Assembly: GCA_043228905.1 (NCBI GenBank)
Contig: JBHGNT010000006.1
Location: 15,624,001-15,688,000 of the forward strand
Reading direction: 5' to 3'
DNA length: 64,000 nucleotides
Source: Azolla caroliniana
Taxonomy: Eukaryota > Plantae > Polypodiophyta
Part shown: one piece after another, positions 1 through 11,411 of the stretch
Layout: the number at the start of each line of letters is the position of its first letter
Numbering within the stretch: the first letter of the stretch is position 1
Notes under the pieces: generated by a model
Seen by the model: only the letters and a program-made list of their open reading frames with translations
What the model was told of the DNA's origin: nothing
Database searches by the model: none
Made by a program: the position numbers and the translations under genes

Positions 1-1524
1 ACAGAGACATTGATGCCGAAAAGCGATGGACCTCGGCCAAAACCGACGGCCGAATAGGGCCGACAAGGTCGGTGACAGAGACATCTGGAGATGGACCGGA
101 CAAACATGGCCAGACGGGCTAGACAGCGGAAAGAGCGGCCAAAAGGGCCGGAAATCGGTCGAAACGGCGGGAGATGGAGACGGACGAGCGGCCAAAGAGT
201 GGTTGAGGAGCGGCTGAAGCGGCCGTAATAACCGAACAGTGGCCGGAGTGGCCAAACGGGTTGGACAGATGACCAACCACGACAACCAAACAAAGACAAC
301 GCAAAGAAGAAAGAGGCAGACATACAGAAAATAAGAAGAAGAGAGAAGAGAAATGCAAGGAAGAAGAAGAACAGAGAAGGAAGAAAAAGAAGATGTCATG
401 GAAGAAGAGAAAGGCATGAATAGACAGACACGAAGTGGAAGAAACAGAGATAGAAGAAGAAAGAGAGAGGAGGAAAAGAAAGACAGGAAGAGGAGAAGAA
501 GCAACGGTTAACACCAAGAAGGAGGAAGAAGATGCAGACAAGACGCAGGAGAAAACGTAAGAAGACAAACAATAATAAAAAAAAATGAGAGGGAAAAAGA
601 GAAGAGAGGGGCATGCGAAGAAATTTTAAAATGTTGAGGGTAACAGCCTAAAATTTAAGAAATTAGGGGGTACTAAATGAAATTTTCAAAACTCGAGGGT
701 ACATATCAAATTTAAAAAAAAAAAAACGACACCACCAAAATTTTGAAAATACCCAAGACTACTCACACACACTCAAAACAAAGGAAGAACATACATATAC
801 ATGACATGATTTTGGACCCATGACGAAGTTCGTAAGCCGACAGAACGAGAATGTTCGTGTCGCGGAAAGATTTGCTGACTGACAAAGATGTTCGAGTCAA
901 GCACTCCGATCGAGGGAGTCAATCGTTGAAAGGACCGATGGAAGTTCCGGTCGAAGAAATATCATCATCAAGGCATGTGGGATCAACGTGCAAGGCACTT
1001 TCCCACGGGCGTGCCATATTGTGTTACCCCGTACGAGATGTACGGAGAGTCAAGTGTGATGAGCGAGGGTCGAATGTTATCATGATGTGGTTGTGTATGT
1101 GTAGGGGGCATAAATATAATTGTGAGTCTATACATATGTGAACACATGCACACGTGTGTGCATGTGGATGGATACAAGGAGGTGTGAGTGAGTGTCCAGT
1201 ATGAATGCTCGAGGGGGCTTACACCCCTATGTATCTACCCCCTCTTGTACTATTTAACCCCTTATGGGGAATGAATGAAATATGAATAACCATTTTCTCT
1301 CTCTCTCTCTTTGTCATCTCTCTCTCTCTCTCCCCCTTAACGTTGAACCCCCTTGGGAGGGGGGTGGAGCCATTCTAGGCACCACCCCCCACCCCGCAAT
1401 GCTTCTCTATATGATCTCTCTCACCATCATACTCTCCATCACCATGTCTATCTTCATTACCAATCATCATAGTTATCATTCATCATCATCATCGTCCTTA
1501 ACCCTAACCCTAAAACCTACAACA
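1..1524 (+). mobile_element. 3' part of an apparently non-coding LTR element (internal region plus 3' LTR, LTR-1 family)
   Basis: Region 1-300 is homologous to the reverse complement of about 62500-62950. LTR runs TGTTACC (1022) to CAACA (1524), with TATTTAA at 1251. A homologous solo LTR lies at 63426-63870. Confidence 0.7.
1022..1524 (+). repeat. LTR (LTR-1 family)
   Basis: TG...CA termini; homologous to the reverse complement of 63426-63870; CCCTAA-like motifs at about 1496-1518. Confidence 0.8.
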
Positions 1525-2330
1525 CTATATGGCATCAAGGGTAGAAGTTTGGACTTGTTGAAGTTAACATGCAATCCAGTAGCCAATCCATACAATTTGA
1601 GGGCATCCATAATCACCCTCATATCATTTGGATTGTTTTGTGATAGGAATGATGTATCATTTGTATATTCTTGAGCCACGAAATCATGTCCATCTTTCAT
1701 TTGCAAACCATGAAGTTGAGCAATTGATACTAGATGATCCATGTACAATAATAGTGGATGAGTTGTGATTGCATACAACAATGCACTTACAGGACAACCT
1801 TGTCATACTAATTTGGCTAAGCTCCATGAATTTGTCAATTCACCGTCAATAATGCATGAAGATGTGTTAGACCCATAAAGCCAATAGATTACATGAGACA
1901 TTTTCGGACCAAATCCTAGTTTGACCATTGTGGCTACCACAATCCCATTGGATGGTGTCAAAGACCTTTTCAATGTCAATTTGCATGAGCAATACATCTT
2001 GTTTGGTGTATTTGGCATACTCAATTCCAATATCAGAATTAGCAATATTATCTGTAATTTGCCTTTGAGGAATGAACCCATACTAATTTACGTGTATGCA
2101 TCCCAACAAAGTGTCCTTAATACGATTAACAATTATCTTTGCAATAAGTTTGTAGATCACTAGCATGAGAGTGATTGGTCGCCAATCCGAAAAAGATTCA
2201 CATAGTTTCTTTTTGGGTATTAATTTGACCAAACCTTCCTTCCATGAGATCGGCATATCCCATTGTTGCCAAGAATTATTTTCCATCGATAGGATTAAAT
2301 CCTTAATAACATCCCAAAATTCTGTAATAA
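1525..2330 (-). pseudogene. LINE (L1-like) ORF2 reverse-transcriptase fragment, degenerate
   Basis: WKEGLVKLIPKK...WRPITLM..IYKLIAKI in ORF 2083-2286, plus a degenerate YADD-like region (EYTNDT) and GLHVNFNKS in ORF 1476-1781. Stops and frameshifts present. Confidence 0.85.
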
Positions 2331-2331
2331 A

Positions 2332-2689
2332 TAGGAATGAAATGCTAAGAGAAGAATGGTTGTATTAAGGTAGATAAAGAAAGAGAATGGATACAAGATA
2401 TGTAATGACAATTAAAGATTGGTGTTGATTCGAATGGATTTGAGAATACATGTATGCCCTTATTTATAGGTTCCTATAGAATAGCTTAGAGATTTCTATA
2501 ATGTTCTAGGACATTTTAGAACATTCTAGAATGATCTAGAGTTTTTACAATAATCAATCTAATACAAAAAGTATCTTTTACCCTCTCATATGACAATAAG
2601 CTATCTTAATGGTTGAGGTTTTCAATTATGGATTACAAGGTTCGAGGTTCAAGTCTGGGTGACGCCATAATGGTCATGTGTTCATGACA
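2332..2689 (-). repeat. Truncated LTR of the Gypsy-B family
   Basis: Reverse complement begins TGTCATGAA like LTR 17948-18388; shares the TTCTAGAA arrays, TATA box and tRNA-like module. Confidence 0.8.
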
Positions 2690-4629
2690 ATGCCTTCTCC
2701 TCTTATCTGTGAATAGTCATTTATGATTAACTTTGGAAACTTAGAAAGAAGAAAAATAAACCTTAGATCCTCTTCTTCGTGTACATTGTTTGAAATCATC
2801 ATCTTTTTTCCCTTTATGGTGATAATACTTTCTTCAATGACTTCTCCTTCATCCTTAGACACCATATGGAACATTTTATTTTCCCTATCCCACGAAGATC
2901 CATCCCTTGTTATGCTTTCTTCTTCTTGCTGGCCATAATCTATACATGTTTCCATACTCCAATTCTGTATTACATGTAATTCTTGCATCCAGGGTCTTAC
3001 TAACACTATCAAACAAGATGGCCCTTTAAGGAGTATTACATGTAAATCCATGGAAATGGACATGCCAAAACACTCAATAACAACATCCTCTATAACTTCA
3101 AAACAAGAGGCCAAATGTTTGTCAACTATGTCTACCCTAATAGAGGACTTTTGATAGATAGGATTTCCAATCTTACTCAGTACGACATTAGATGTATGAT
3201 CAATTCTAATAGCACTATCTATTAAGGCATCCTTAATTAAAATACCTTTAAAAATTACCACAATAGTGGGTTGAATATCCTTTCGATGTTTCACTTGCAC
3301 AATCTTCGCACAATGTAATGTCTTTATACTTTGTTGTATACTCGATACATGTCCCCACTCCTTTTTTAGTGATGGAGAAAGTTGAAGAAGTGGCCAAGTG
3401 ATGCGAGGTCCACTAGAGATGAGCTCTTGCTTGATATTGAATGGTTCCACCCCTTTCCCCATCGACATATCATCAATTTTAATCTTTCTTTGCGGATGTT
3501 TCTTTCTAGGTCCATCCTCCAAGTTAGTCTCCTTAGCCTTCTTCTTTTGTTGAGAGTTAATAGAATCTCCTTCTAAATCTTTATTTTTAAGTGATGCACT
3601 AGATGTCTTAGTATGTGCAACATCACAATCTTCAGCTATATCATACACAAAGTCAATAAGATTTACCTTAGGAGGAAATGTTGGAATTTGCACTAAAGTA
3701 CTTTCCCCTCCTACCACATGGTTGTTGAGTTGGTGAAAGTTTTTACTAATGTTGTTTTGATTACTCTGAAATTGATCCATGCCTCGACCCTAATCACCTT
3801 GTCTTCGTGAAGGACATCGTGTAGCACACGATCACTTTCCTCCACCTTGGAGCATCTCAAGTTTTCTTGCATGTTTTGGATTTGTCGTGTAATTTCATCA
3901 AGGCATTGATTAACTTGCTCCGAGAAACTTCCTTCCACCTTAGTTTGAGTTGTTTCTTGCATCACCAGAATATTAGGTTGATATGTCGTAAAAACATTAG
4001 GGAATCCATGCGTAATTGATGATTGTTGAAGAATAGGAGATTTAAATGTTGTAACTATTGAATTTGCTATTGCTTGTAGAACTTGGATTTGGTTATTGTA
4101 GGCTTGGAATGTTGTAGGATCCTTTAGATTTGCTTCCAACACAAAGTGTGGACTTAATCTTTCAGGAATAGTACTAAAGCAGAGATGGAATTAGTACGAA
4201 GAGGAGTAGTACTATTAGTACTAAGAGGACGGGACTGCGTAAGATTCCCGAGAGAGAGGAAGTGAAAAGAGGAGAGAGAGAGAAATAGGATGATGACAGC
4301 AGCTCTTATATTATATGAAAGATAAGTACAAATCGAGTAAGAGGCTTAAGACTGGTGTTGAACCAATTTGGTTCAAAACAATGCCTTGTGCCTCCTTTTA
4401 TAGTGTTTTTAGGAATAATCCTGAAACTTCTAGAATGTTCAAGAGAGATCTGGAATATACATCAATTTTCTATGATAAAGCATAAATGAAAATAATATCC
4501 TACAAAATACAATTCATAGTCTAATGGTAAGAGCTCGACCCATGTAGCATAAGGTCATGGGTTCGAGTCTTGCCATATCATGACACTATCTCCCCCTTAA
4601 AGACGACGAGTGGAACGAGTCGACGCTAA

Positions 4630-7600
4630 TTGCGGACCGGGTTTGTCCGTATACTTTCGGTGGAAATCAACAAGAAGATCTTGTGCATTGGCAACATGCT
4701 CGACGGGTTCCCAAGTACGTTCACTCGGACTATAACCGAGCCAATCGACCAAGTAATAAAGTTAGTTGCGAACAAGTTTGGAATCGAGGATGGCAGCAAC
4801 TTCATACTCCGGGCCGGCGTCCAACTCCAGTGGGGGCGGCGGCGGTGTCACACGATCGGGAATGGTGTTTGCTTTATAAGGCTCAAGAAGAGAACAATGG
4901 AAAACTGGATGTATCTGAAGCTCCGGAGGGAGATCAAGGCGGAAGGTGACATCATTAATCTTCCCCGTAATACGTAAAGGACCGAGTCGTCGATAATCCA
5001 ACTTGTCGCACGGTCGAGTAGTCTTGATGTGACGACGTAAGAGCCATACTCGATCTCCGATGGCAAAAGAGGAGGGAATCCAATGACGATCCACATAAGT
5101 CTTCTGTGTGTGTTGAGCATGACGAAGGTGAGTAGAGAGATCCATCTGGATCTTGCGTAGCCTCTCCAAATGATCCTCGGCACGAGGGTTGGTAGGTAGC
5201 TCCGGAGTGTCGATCACCGACCAGCGAGGATGGAAACCGGTATAAGCGAAAAATGGGGAGACCCGAGTCGAGGAGTGAATAGCATTATTATACGCAAACT
5301 CCGCAAAGTGGAGAATCTCGGCCCAATCGTCCTGTTGATAACTCAAGAAACACCGGAGATATTGCTCCAGCGTTTGGTTTGTTCGTTCCGCCTGTCCGTC
5401 GGTCTGAGGATGGTAGCTGGAGGAGAGGTTGCAGGAGACCTTGAGCATCTTGAAGAGATGCTGCCAAAATTTGGAGACAAATTGTGGGCCTCGGTCACTG
5501 ATAATATTGTCTAGGAGGCCATGATGCCGAAATACCTCACGTATAACAAGAGCGGCGGTTTCCTCGCTAGTGATGGCTTTAGTACATGGCACAAAATGTG
5601 CCATCTTCGTATATCGATCGACGACGGTTAGGATAGCATCGAACCCCTTCGAGACCGGCAGATCTGTGATAAAATCAAGACAAATAGACTGCCATGGCTT
5701 ACTTGGAATCGGTAAAGGTTCCAACAAGCCATATGGATGGTGTCGTGGCATCTTTGCTCGGCAACAAGCATCACAGGTCCGAACGTAGTCATCGACAAAA
5801 CGGCGCATGTGGGGCCACCAAAAAGATCGTTGCACTAGCTCCAACGTCTTAGTACTACCGAAATGTCCCGCTGTATGGGTGTCGTGACAATGTTGGACGA
5901 TTTGAAGGCGACAGGAGCAATCGGGGACATATACGCGCTTTTTAAAGAATAACAAACCATCATGATATTCGGATTGTCGGTAGTCAATACCTGGTTGTTG
6001 AGACTGAGAACAGGATGCCCGAGAAGTATCAATGTGCGCCAGGATGTCTTGAGCAAAACTATCTGTCTTCAAGGTTGCACGTATGTCATCGGTAATCCGT
6101 GAATCCATCGGGGTGTGAAAAATCCGCGTCGTGTGCAATCGTGTTGGTCCCAAGATTACTTGCTTTTGATTATCAAATGTTGCGTCACCAGGACGAGGTG
6201 CAAGATATGAGCGCCGTGATAGTGCATCTACTTTTCCTTGCTGCTTCCCCGGTCGATATGTGATTTTGAAGTCGAAACGCATGAGGAATTGCGCCCACCG
6301 AGCTTGCCGTCGATTTAGTACGCGAGCGTTCTAAAAATAAGCAAGATTTTTATGATCACTAAAGACACTAACCTGATGTGGAGAGCCCTCTAAGAAATGC
6401 TGCCATTGTACAAATGAATCCACGATGGCTAATAACTCCTTGTCATGTATTTCGTAGTTGATTTCCGCGACATCGAATTTGCGCGAATGGAAAGCCACCG
6501 GATGCAACTCTTCTTTATCACCTTCTTGAGAAAGGATACTACCGAGGGCGAAATCTGATGCGTCGGCCTCCATGATGAATGGTTTGCTTGTATCCAATCG
6601 ATGCTGATGTAAAGGCTTTCTTAAGATGCCGAAAAGCCATATCTGCTTCTATGGACCAAAGAAATGCTTGCCCCTTCTTCGTAAGTTGTGTGAGGGGTAA
6701 AATAATCTTCGAGTAATCTTGTATAAACTTACGGTAGAAGTTAGCAAAACCTAGAAAACATTGTACATCTCGTACCGACTGTGGAATTTGCCACTCTAGT
6801 ACAGTTTGGATTTTAGCTGGATCCATGGCGATGCCCTTTGAGGAGATGACGTAGCCTAGAAATTCCACTTGCTTGCAGTCAAAGCTACATTTTTCTAGCT
6901 TGGCATAAAGACCATTCTCGCGGAGTCGCTTTAGTACTAATAGTACATGAGAATCGTGCTCTTCCTAGGTCTTCGAATAAATCAACAGATCATCCAGATA
7001 AATGATCAAACAGATATCCAAGAGGTCTCTGAATATATCATTTGCCATGTGTTGGAAGACTGCGGTGCGGGTGCATTGGTTAGGCCAAATGGCATAACAT
7101 TATACTCGAAATGCCCATACTGCGTGCGAAAGGCGGTCTTCCACTCATCTCCCGGTCGGATCCGTACAAGCTTATACGCTCCTCGTAGGTCGATTTTAGT
7201 AAAAAACTTGGCACCATTAACTCGCTCTAAAAGACTTGATATAAGAGGAAGTGCATACCTATTCCGGATGGTGACTTTATTCAATCCGTGGTAATCAACG
7301 ACAAGACGAAGTGAGCCATCTTTCTTCTTGACAAAGAAGATGGGTGCACCGGCCGGAGATTTCGAATGGCGGATGAACCCGCTTGCGAAGTTCTCCTCTA
7401 TGTAGGCTCGAAGGACTTCTAACTCGGTGGGTGACAAGTTGTAAATTGGTCCCCATGGTGGCTCGATTCCTGGTTGTAAATCGATGGGACAGTCATAGGG
7501 ACGGTAATGAGGAAGGGTACCGGCTTTTACCTTGTCAAATACATCGGCATAAGGATGATATTTTGCTGGAAGTTGTACTGAGGAGTCCTTCTTAATAGTG

Positions 7601-8163
7601 CTAGAAGGATGTACTGATATTGCAAATAGGAACATTGCCTCCTTGGGTCCTTCTTCGCGTAGTTGATGGAGTGAAATGGTCGAAACTTGGTGAGTTGATT
7701 CTTGGGGTGGTCGATATCGGACTTCTCTTGTTCTCCAATCTATGGCTAGATTATGTAATTCAAACCAAGGTAATCCTAGGACAATGGGATGCTCTGGACT
7801 ACTAATTATATTAAATGATATTACACACACAAAACTACCTAGGACAACTTGAATGGGTTTTGATTCTTCTATAATATTCCCAGAAGCAATGGGACGACCA
7901 TCAATGACTACTACAGATGCGGGACAAGGAAGTTTTCTTCAGGATATCTGAGAAGCTTGGGCAAAATTTCGATCCATGAAACAGGAATTAGCTCCGGAAT
8001 CTAAAAGTGCTAGGACGGGTATTGGGGGAGTACTTTTAGTACTAACAATGACTTGGGCTAGGAACACATTGCTAACTTGCTTGGAAGGAATGGAACCACT
8101 AATGGGCTGTACAGATCTAGGGCTGCTGTCCAACCAAACGGCTCCTATTTTGGCTGGACTCAA
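4630..8163 (-). pseudogene. pol: Pol of element A (protease, RT, RNase H, integrase, chromodomain), frameshifted
   Basis: LLDSGANSCF; [21 protein letters not shown]; [16 protein letters not shown]; H2C2 and DDE integrase (SDRGPQF, QTDGQAER); chromodomain EYEVAAILDSK. Confidence 0.92.
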
Positions 8164-8199
8164 TCGTTTAACTCTTCATCTAATTGACTAAGGATTTCA

Positions 8200-9317
8200 A
8201 ATTTATTTGAGATACTTGAGTTATTAGTACTATGAATACTATCAAACACACTATTAGTACTATTAATACTATCAAACACTCCTAAGGGAAGAATTGACTC
8301 GGGTTTAGTACAGGCTACAATTTGATTTACCTGTTTTCTTGGCCTATGGGGACAATTGATTACGATATGCCCTGGACCACTGCAATAAAGACATAATCGA
8401 TTTGCACGTCATCGTTGCTTTTCTTCTTCCGATAACGGACCGCGTCGACGCATGGTATCGATCTCCATCGGTGTCGAAGTATTTGCTTGAGGTATGTCTC
8501 GTGCAAACGGTCTAGCCGCGACTGCGGCGTAAGTGGGCTCCGGCCTAGCGCGTGGTATCTGTAATTGACGTTTCGAACGCCATTTGAAGAGGCGGTTGTC
8601 ACATCGGACCGCTCGACTGATTGCCTCCGTTAGAGACTTTGGTTCTTCAGGGAAGGTTAGAAGTAGATCTTTGACATCATTTCGCAGGCCATAGCAAAAC
8701 TGCTCCATTAGTGCTTGATCATCCCAGGGTATGTCAAAAGCGAGTAGGCGGAAATCCGCCGCGTAGGCAGAGGCTGGACGATCGCCTTGACGCAATCGCC
8801 GGATCTTGTTGATCGCCGTCCTGATGCTGTCAGTGTCTCCAAAGCAAGCTTTGAACTCACTAATAAAATCTTCAAAGTTATTAAGCAAGGGCGATTGTTT
8901 TTCTAGAAGCGGAGCGAACCATGCTAAGGCTGAGCCGCTAAGCAACGTGCCTATTGAGCCTACTCGGGATGCATTAGTGGGGTATCGGGAAGGATGCATT
9001 TGGAGGACTAATCGTACCTGATTAAGGAATCTCCTAAATTGCGATCGTGTTCCATCAAATTTCACAGGAAGTCTAATCTTCGGCTCTTTATGAAATCTTT
9101 GGGGACTTGATCCTTGTTGTTGTAATGCCGCTTCGAGTTGTTGCACCCGTAACGCTAACTCCCCATGTTGTTTCTGCGTTTGTTGCTTTTCTAGAGTGAT
9201 TTGTTGTAGATCCCCTATCAGCCGTTGGTTTTCTTGTTCCAGGGCAACAAACTTTTCTTTTAGGCACTGTAACTCGGAGAAAACAGATTGATATTCTTGG
9301 GCGCTAACAGTAGCCAT
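8200..9317 (-). pseudogene. gag: Gag of element A (Ty3-like capsid, CCHC knuckle beyond a premature stop)
   Basis: ORF 8409-9317 has KEPKIRLPVKFDGTR..F..FL and YAADFR. LCLYC..PGH....C follows the stop at about 8409. Confidence 0.9.
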
Positions 9318-11337
9318 AGTAGGGGGGAAAAGGATAGGAGGATGAGGGAGAACGACAAGTAGGCTAGAGGAAAGAGGAAGAAAATTGGTTTAAACTGTCA
9401 GGAATAATACTAAAGTAGATATGGAATTAGTACTAAGAGGAGTAGTACTATTAGTACTAAGAGGACGGGACTGCGTAAGATTCCCGAGAGAGAGTAAGTG
9501 AAAAGAGGAGAGAGAGAGAAATAGGATGATGACAGCAGCTCTTATATTATATGAAAGATAAGTACAAATCGAGTAAGAGGCTTAAGACTGGTGTTGAACC
9601 AATTTGGTTCAAAACAATGCCTTGTGCCTCCTTTTATAGTGTTTTTAGGAATAATCCTGAAACTTCTAGAATGTTCAAGAGAGATCTTGAATATACATCA
9701 ATTTTCTATGATAAAGCATAAATGAAAATAATATCCTACAAAATACAATTCATAGTCTAATGGTAAGAGCTCGACCCATGTAGCATAAGGTCATGGGTTC
9801 GAGTCTTGCCATATCATGACATAATCTTGCTTTGAAATGGTCCATCTTAAACCATTCATCCTTCGTTCCACCACGTAGTCGAATCCATGTAGTCCAGAGG
9901 TCAATAAATTCCCTCATAATTTGTATACTCCATTGCTAATGACATTTGTAAACAAAAGAGTTCCTCTTGCACTTCCATCTCATTTCAACATCGAATACAC
10001 TTAACTTTAAATTGTTTCATCAATAGTTGGTAATTCACTTGTTGGGTTGGTAGCAAGGACTCATACCAATCCCTTCCTCGTCCATAAAAAGTGGCCACCA
10101 ATAGAGGAAGCTTCCCTATTGATACTGCGTGATGTTAGAAGGCGGCCAAGAAAGCTCTACCATCTTGGGCCCTGTCACCTGCAAAAGCAAATTGAAAAGC
10201 CATATTGGCTTCCAATGATATGGAAAGAATCTACCCTCTGTGGGGTACAGAAGGAATCGACCCTCCCTAGAGCGCCAAAATGATAGAGATATAGAAAAAT
10301 GATAGAGAAGAGAAGAGGAAGAGAAAGGAATGCTTTAATAAACCATTAGGAAACCAATACCATCTTCTTATACTCCAAAAGTAACAACCCCAAATAACTA
10401 CTCTAATCTCAATGATACTAGTTCATAATAGTCTTTCCTTCTTCTACCAAGACTCCTCTCACTTCTTCTAGCCTTCTTATTCCTCCTCCCCCCTTCTTGT
10501 ATATATTCTATTCTTCCTCCATCTCCCCCCTTTTTTGCTGAATACTCCCTCCTATTTATGTAGAGAATCGCCGAATATTGCTCAGCCAAAACTGAGTCTT
10601 GAATCACTTCTATGAGAATCAAATGTAGAAATGGGAAGTAGGGAGTGAACGCACGTACACACATGAACAATAGAGAGTACACAGGATGTTTATGTGGAAA
10701 ACCACGGGAGCCCACAGACTTCAAACTATCATTATATAAGAAAGACACAACCAAGGACTTGGAGGCAAAGACCTCGAGCTCTGTATCTTCGCCAACCGAC
10801 AGTTAGAACATAAATCGTTCTGTATCTCACTCTCTATACAACAACAATATGACAACCCACATCTCATATAATGTGATTGTCTTGAATACATCAAAGCATC
10901 ATGACTTCACTAGGGCTTGAACCCAAAACCTTGTAATACATAATCAAGAACCTAACCATTAGGATAGCATATGATTATATAAAATAATAAAAGCTACTTC
11001 TTATAATAGATTGATTATTTAGAATGTTTTGGAACATTCTAGAACATTCTAGAATATCCTAGAACATCTTAGAATATTCTAGGTCTAGAACATTCTAGAA
11101 CATTATAGAAATCACTACGCTATTCTATAGGAACCTATAAATATGGGCATACAATTCTTCTCAATCCAATTCAAATCAACACTGGTCTTAAGCTTTCGTC
11201 ACCTTTCTTGTATCCATCTTCATTCTATCGTACTAATACATTCATTCTTCTCTTATCACTTCATTCCTCTCTTCTTGTGATCTCTTTACATCTTTCTTCT
11301 ACCATTCTATCTTTTCTCTTGGTTCTGACAGTTTGAT

Positions 11338-11342
<5 letters not shown>

Positions 11343-11395
<53 letters not shown>
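11343..11395. repeat. (CT)n microsatellite in the 5' leader of B
   Basis: Uninterrupted CT run. Confidence 0.95.
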
Positions 11396-11398
<3 letters not shown>

Positions 11399-11411
11399 AA
11401 CATCACGAAAC

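Larger units (their letters stand above)
4160..9821 (-). mobile_element. Full-length Gypsy chromovirus A (Tcn1/Tf1-like), degenerate
   Basis: 426-bp near-identical LTRs at 4160-4585 and 9396-9821; TSD TAATC at 4155-4159 and 9822-9826; PPT at 4586-4598; gag-PR-RT-RH-IN-chromodomain order. Confidence 0.95.
2690..10277 (-). mobile_element. Old Gypsy element H (gag-protease remnant), interrupted by element A
   Basis: ORFs 3711-4142 and 2674-3780 include a protease-like ALIDS..I and IVLVRPWM motif. Gag continues at 9827-10230 across the TAATC TSD. PBS-like TGGCGCTCTAG ends at 10277 next to an LTR starting near 10280, which resumes after 34786. Confidence 0.65.

Noticed and set aside
119-614. Hydrophobic S/F/L-rich ORFs resembling membrane proteins, and many other short antisense ORFs in the track
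   Set aside because: They are reverse translations of GAA-rich low-complexity DNA or shadows of retroelement genes, with no domain signal.
1496-1518. Interstitial telomere
   Set aside because: Only 2-3 degenerate CCCTAA units, which are part of the LTR-1 end in both copies.
4517-4585. Functional tRNA genes in LTRs
   Set aside because: Acceptor and most anticodon stems do not pair, so they are reported as tRNA-derived promoter modules instead.
8150-8200. Programmed gag-pol frameshift or splice signal in chromoviruses A, B and C
   Set aside because: The candidate slippery sites differ among the decayed copies, so they cannot be separated from random lesions.
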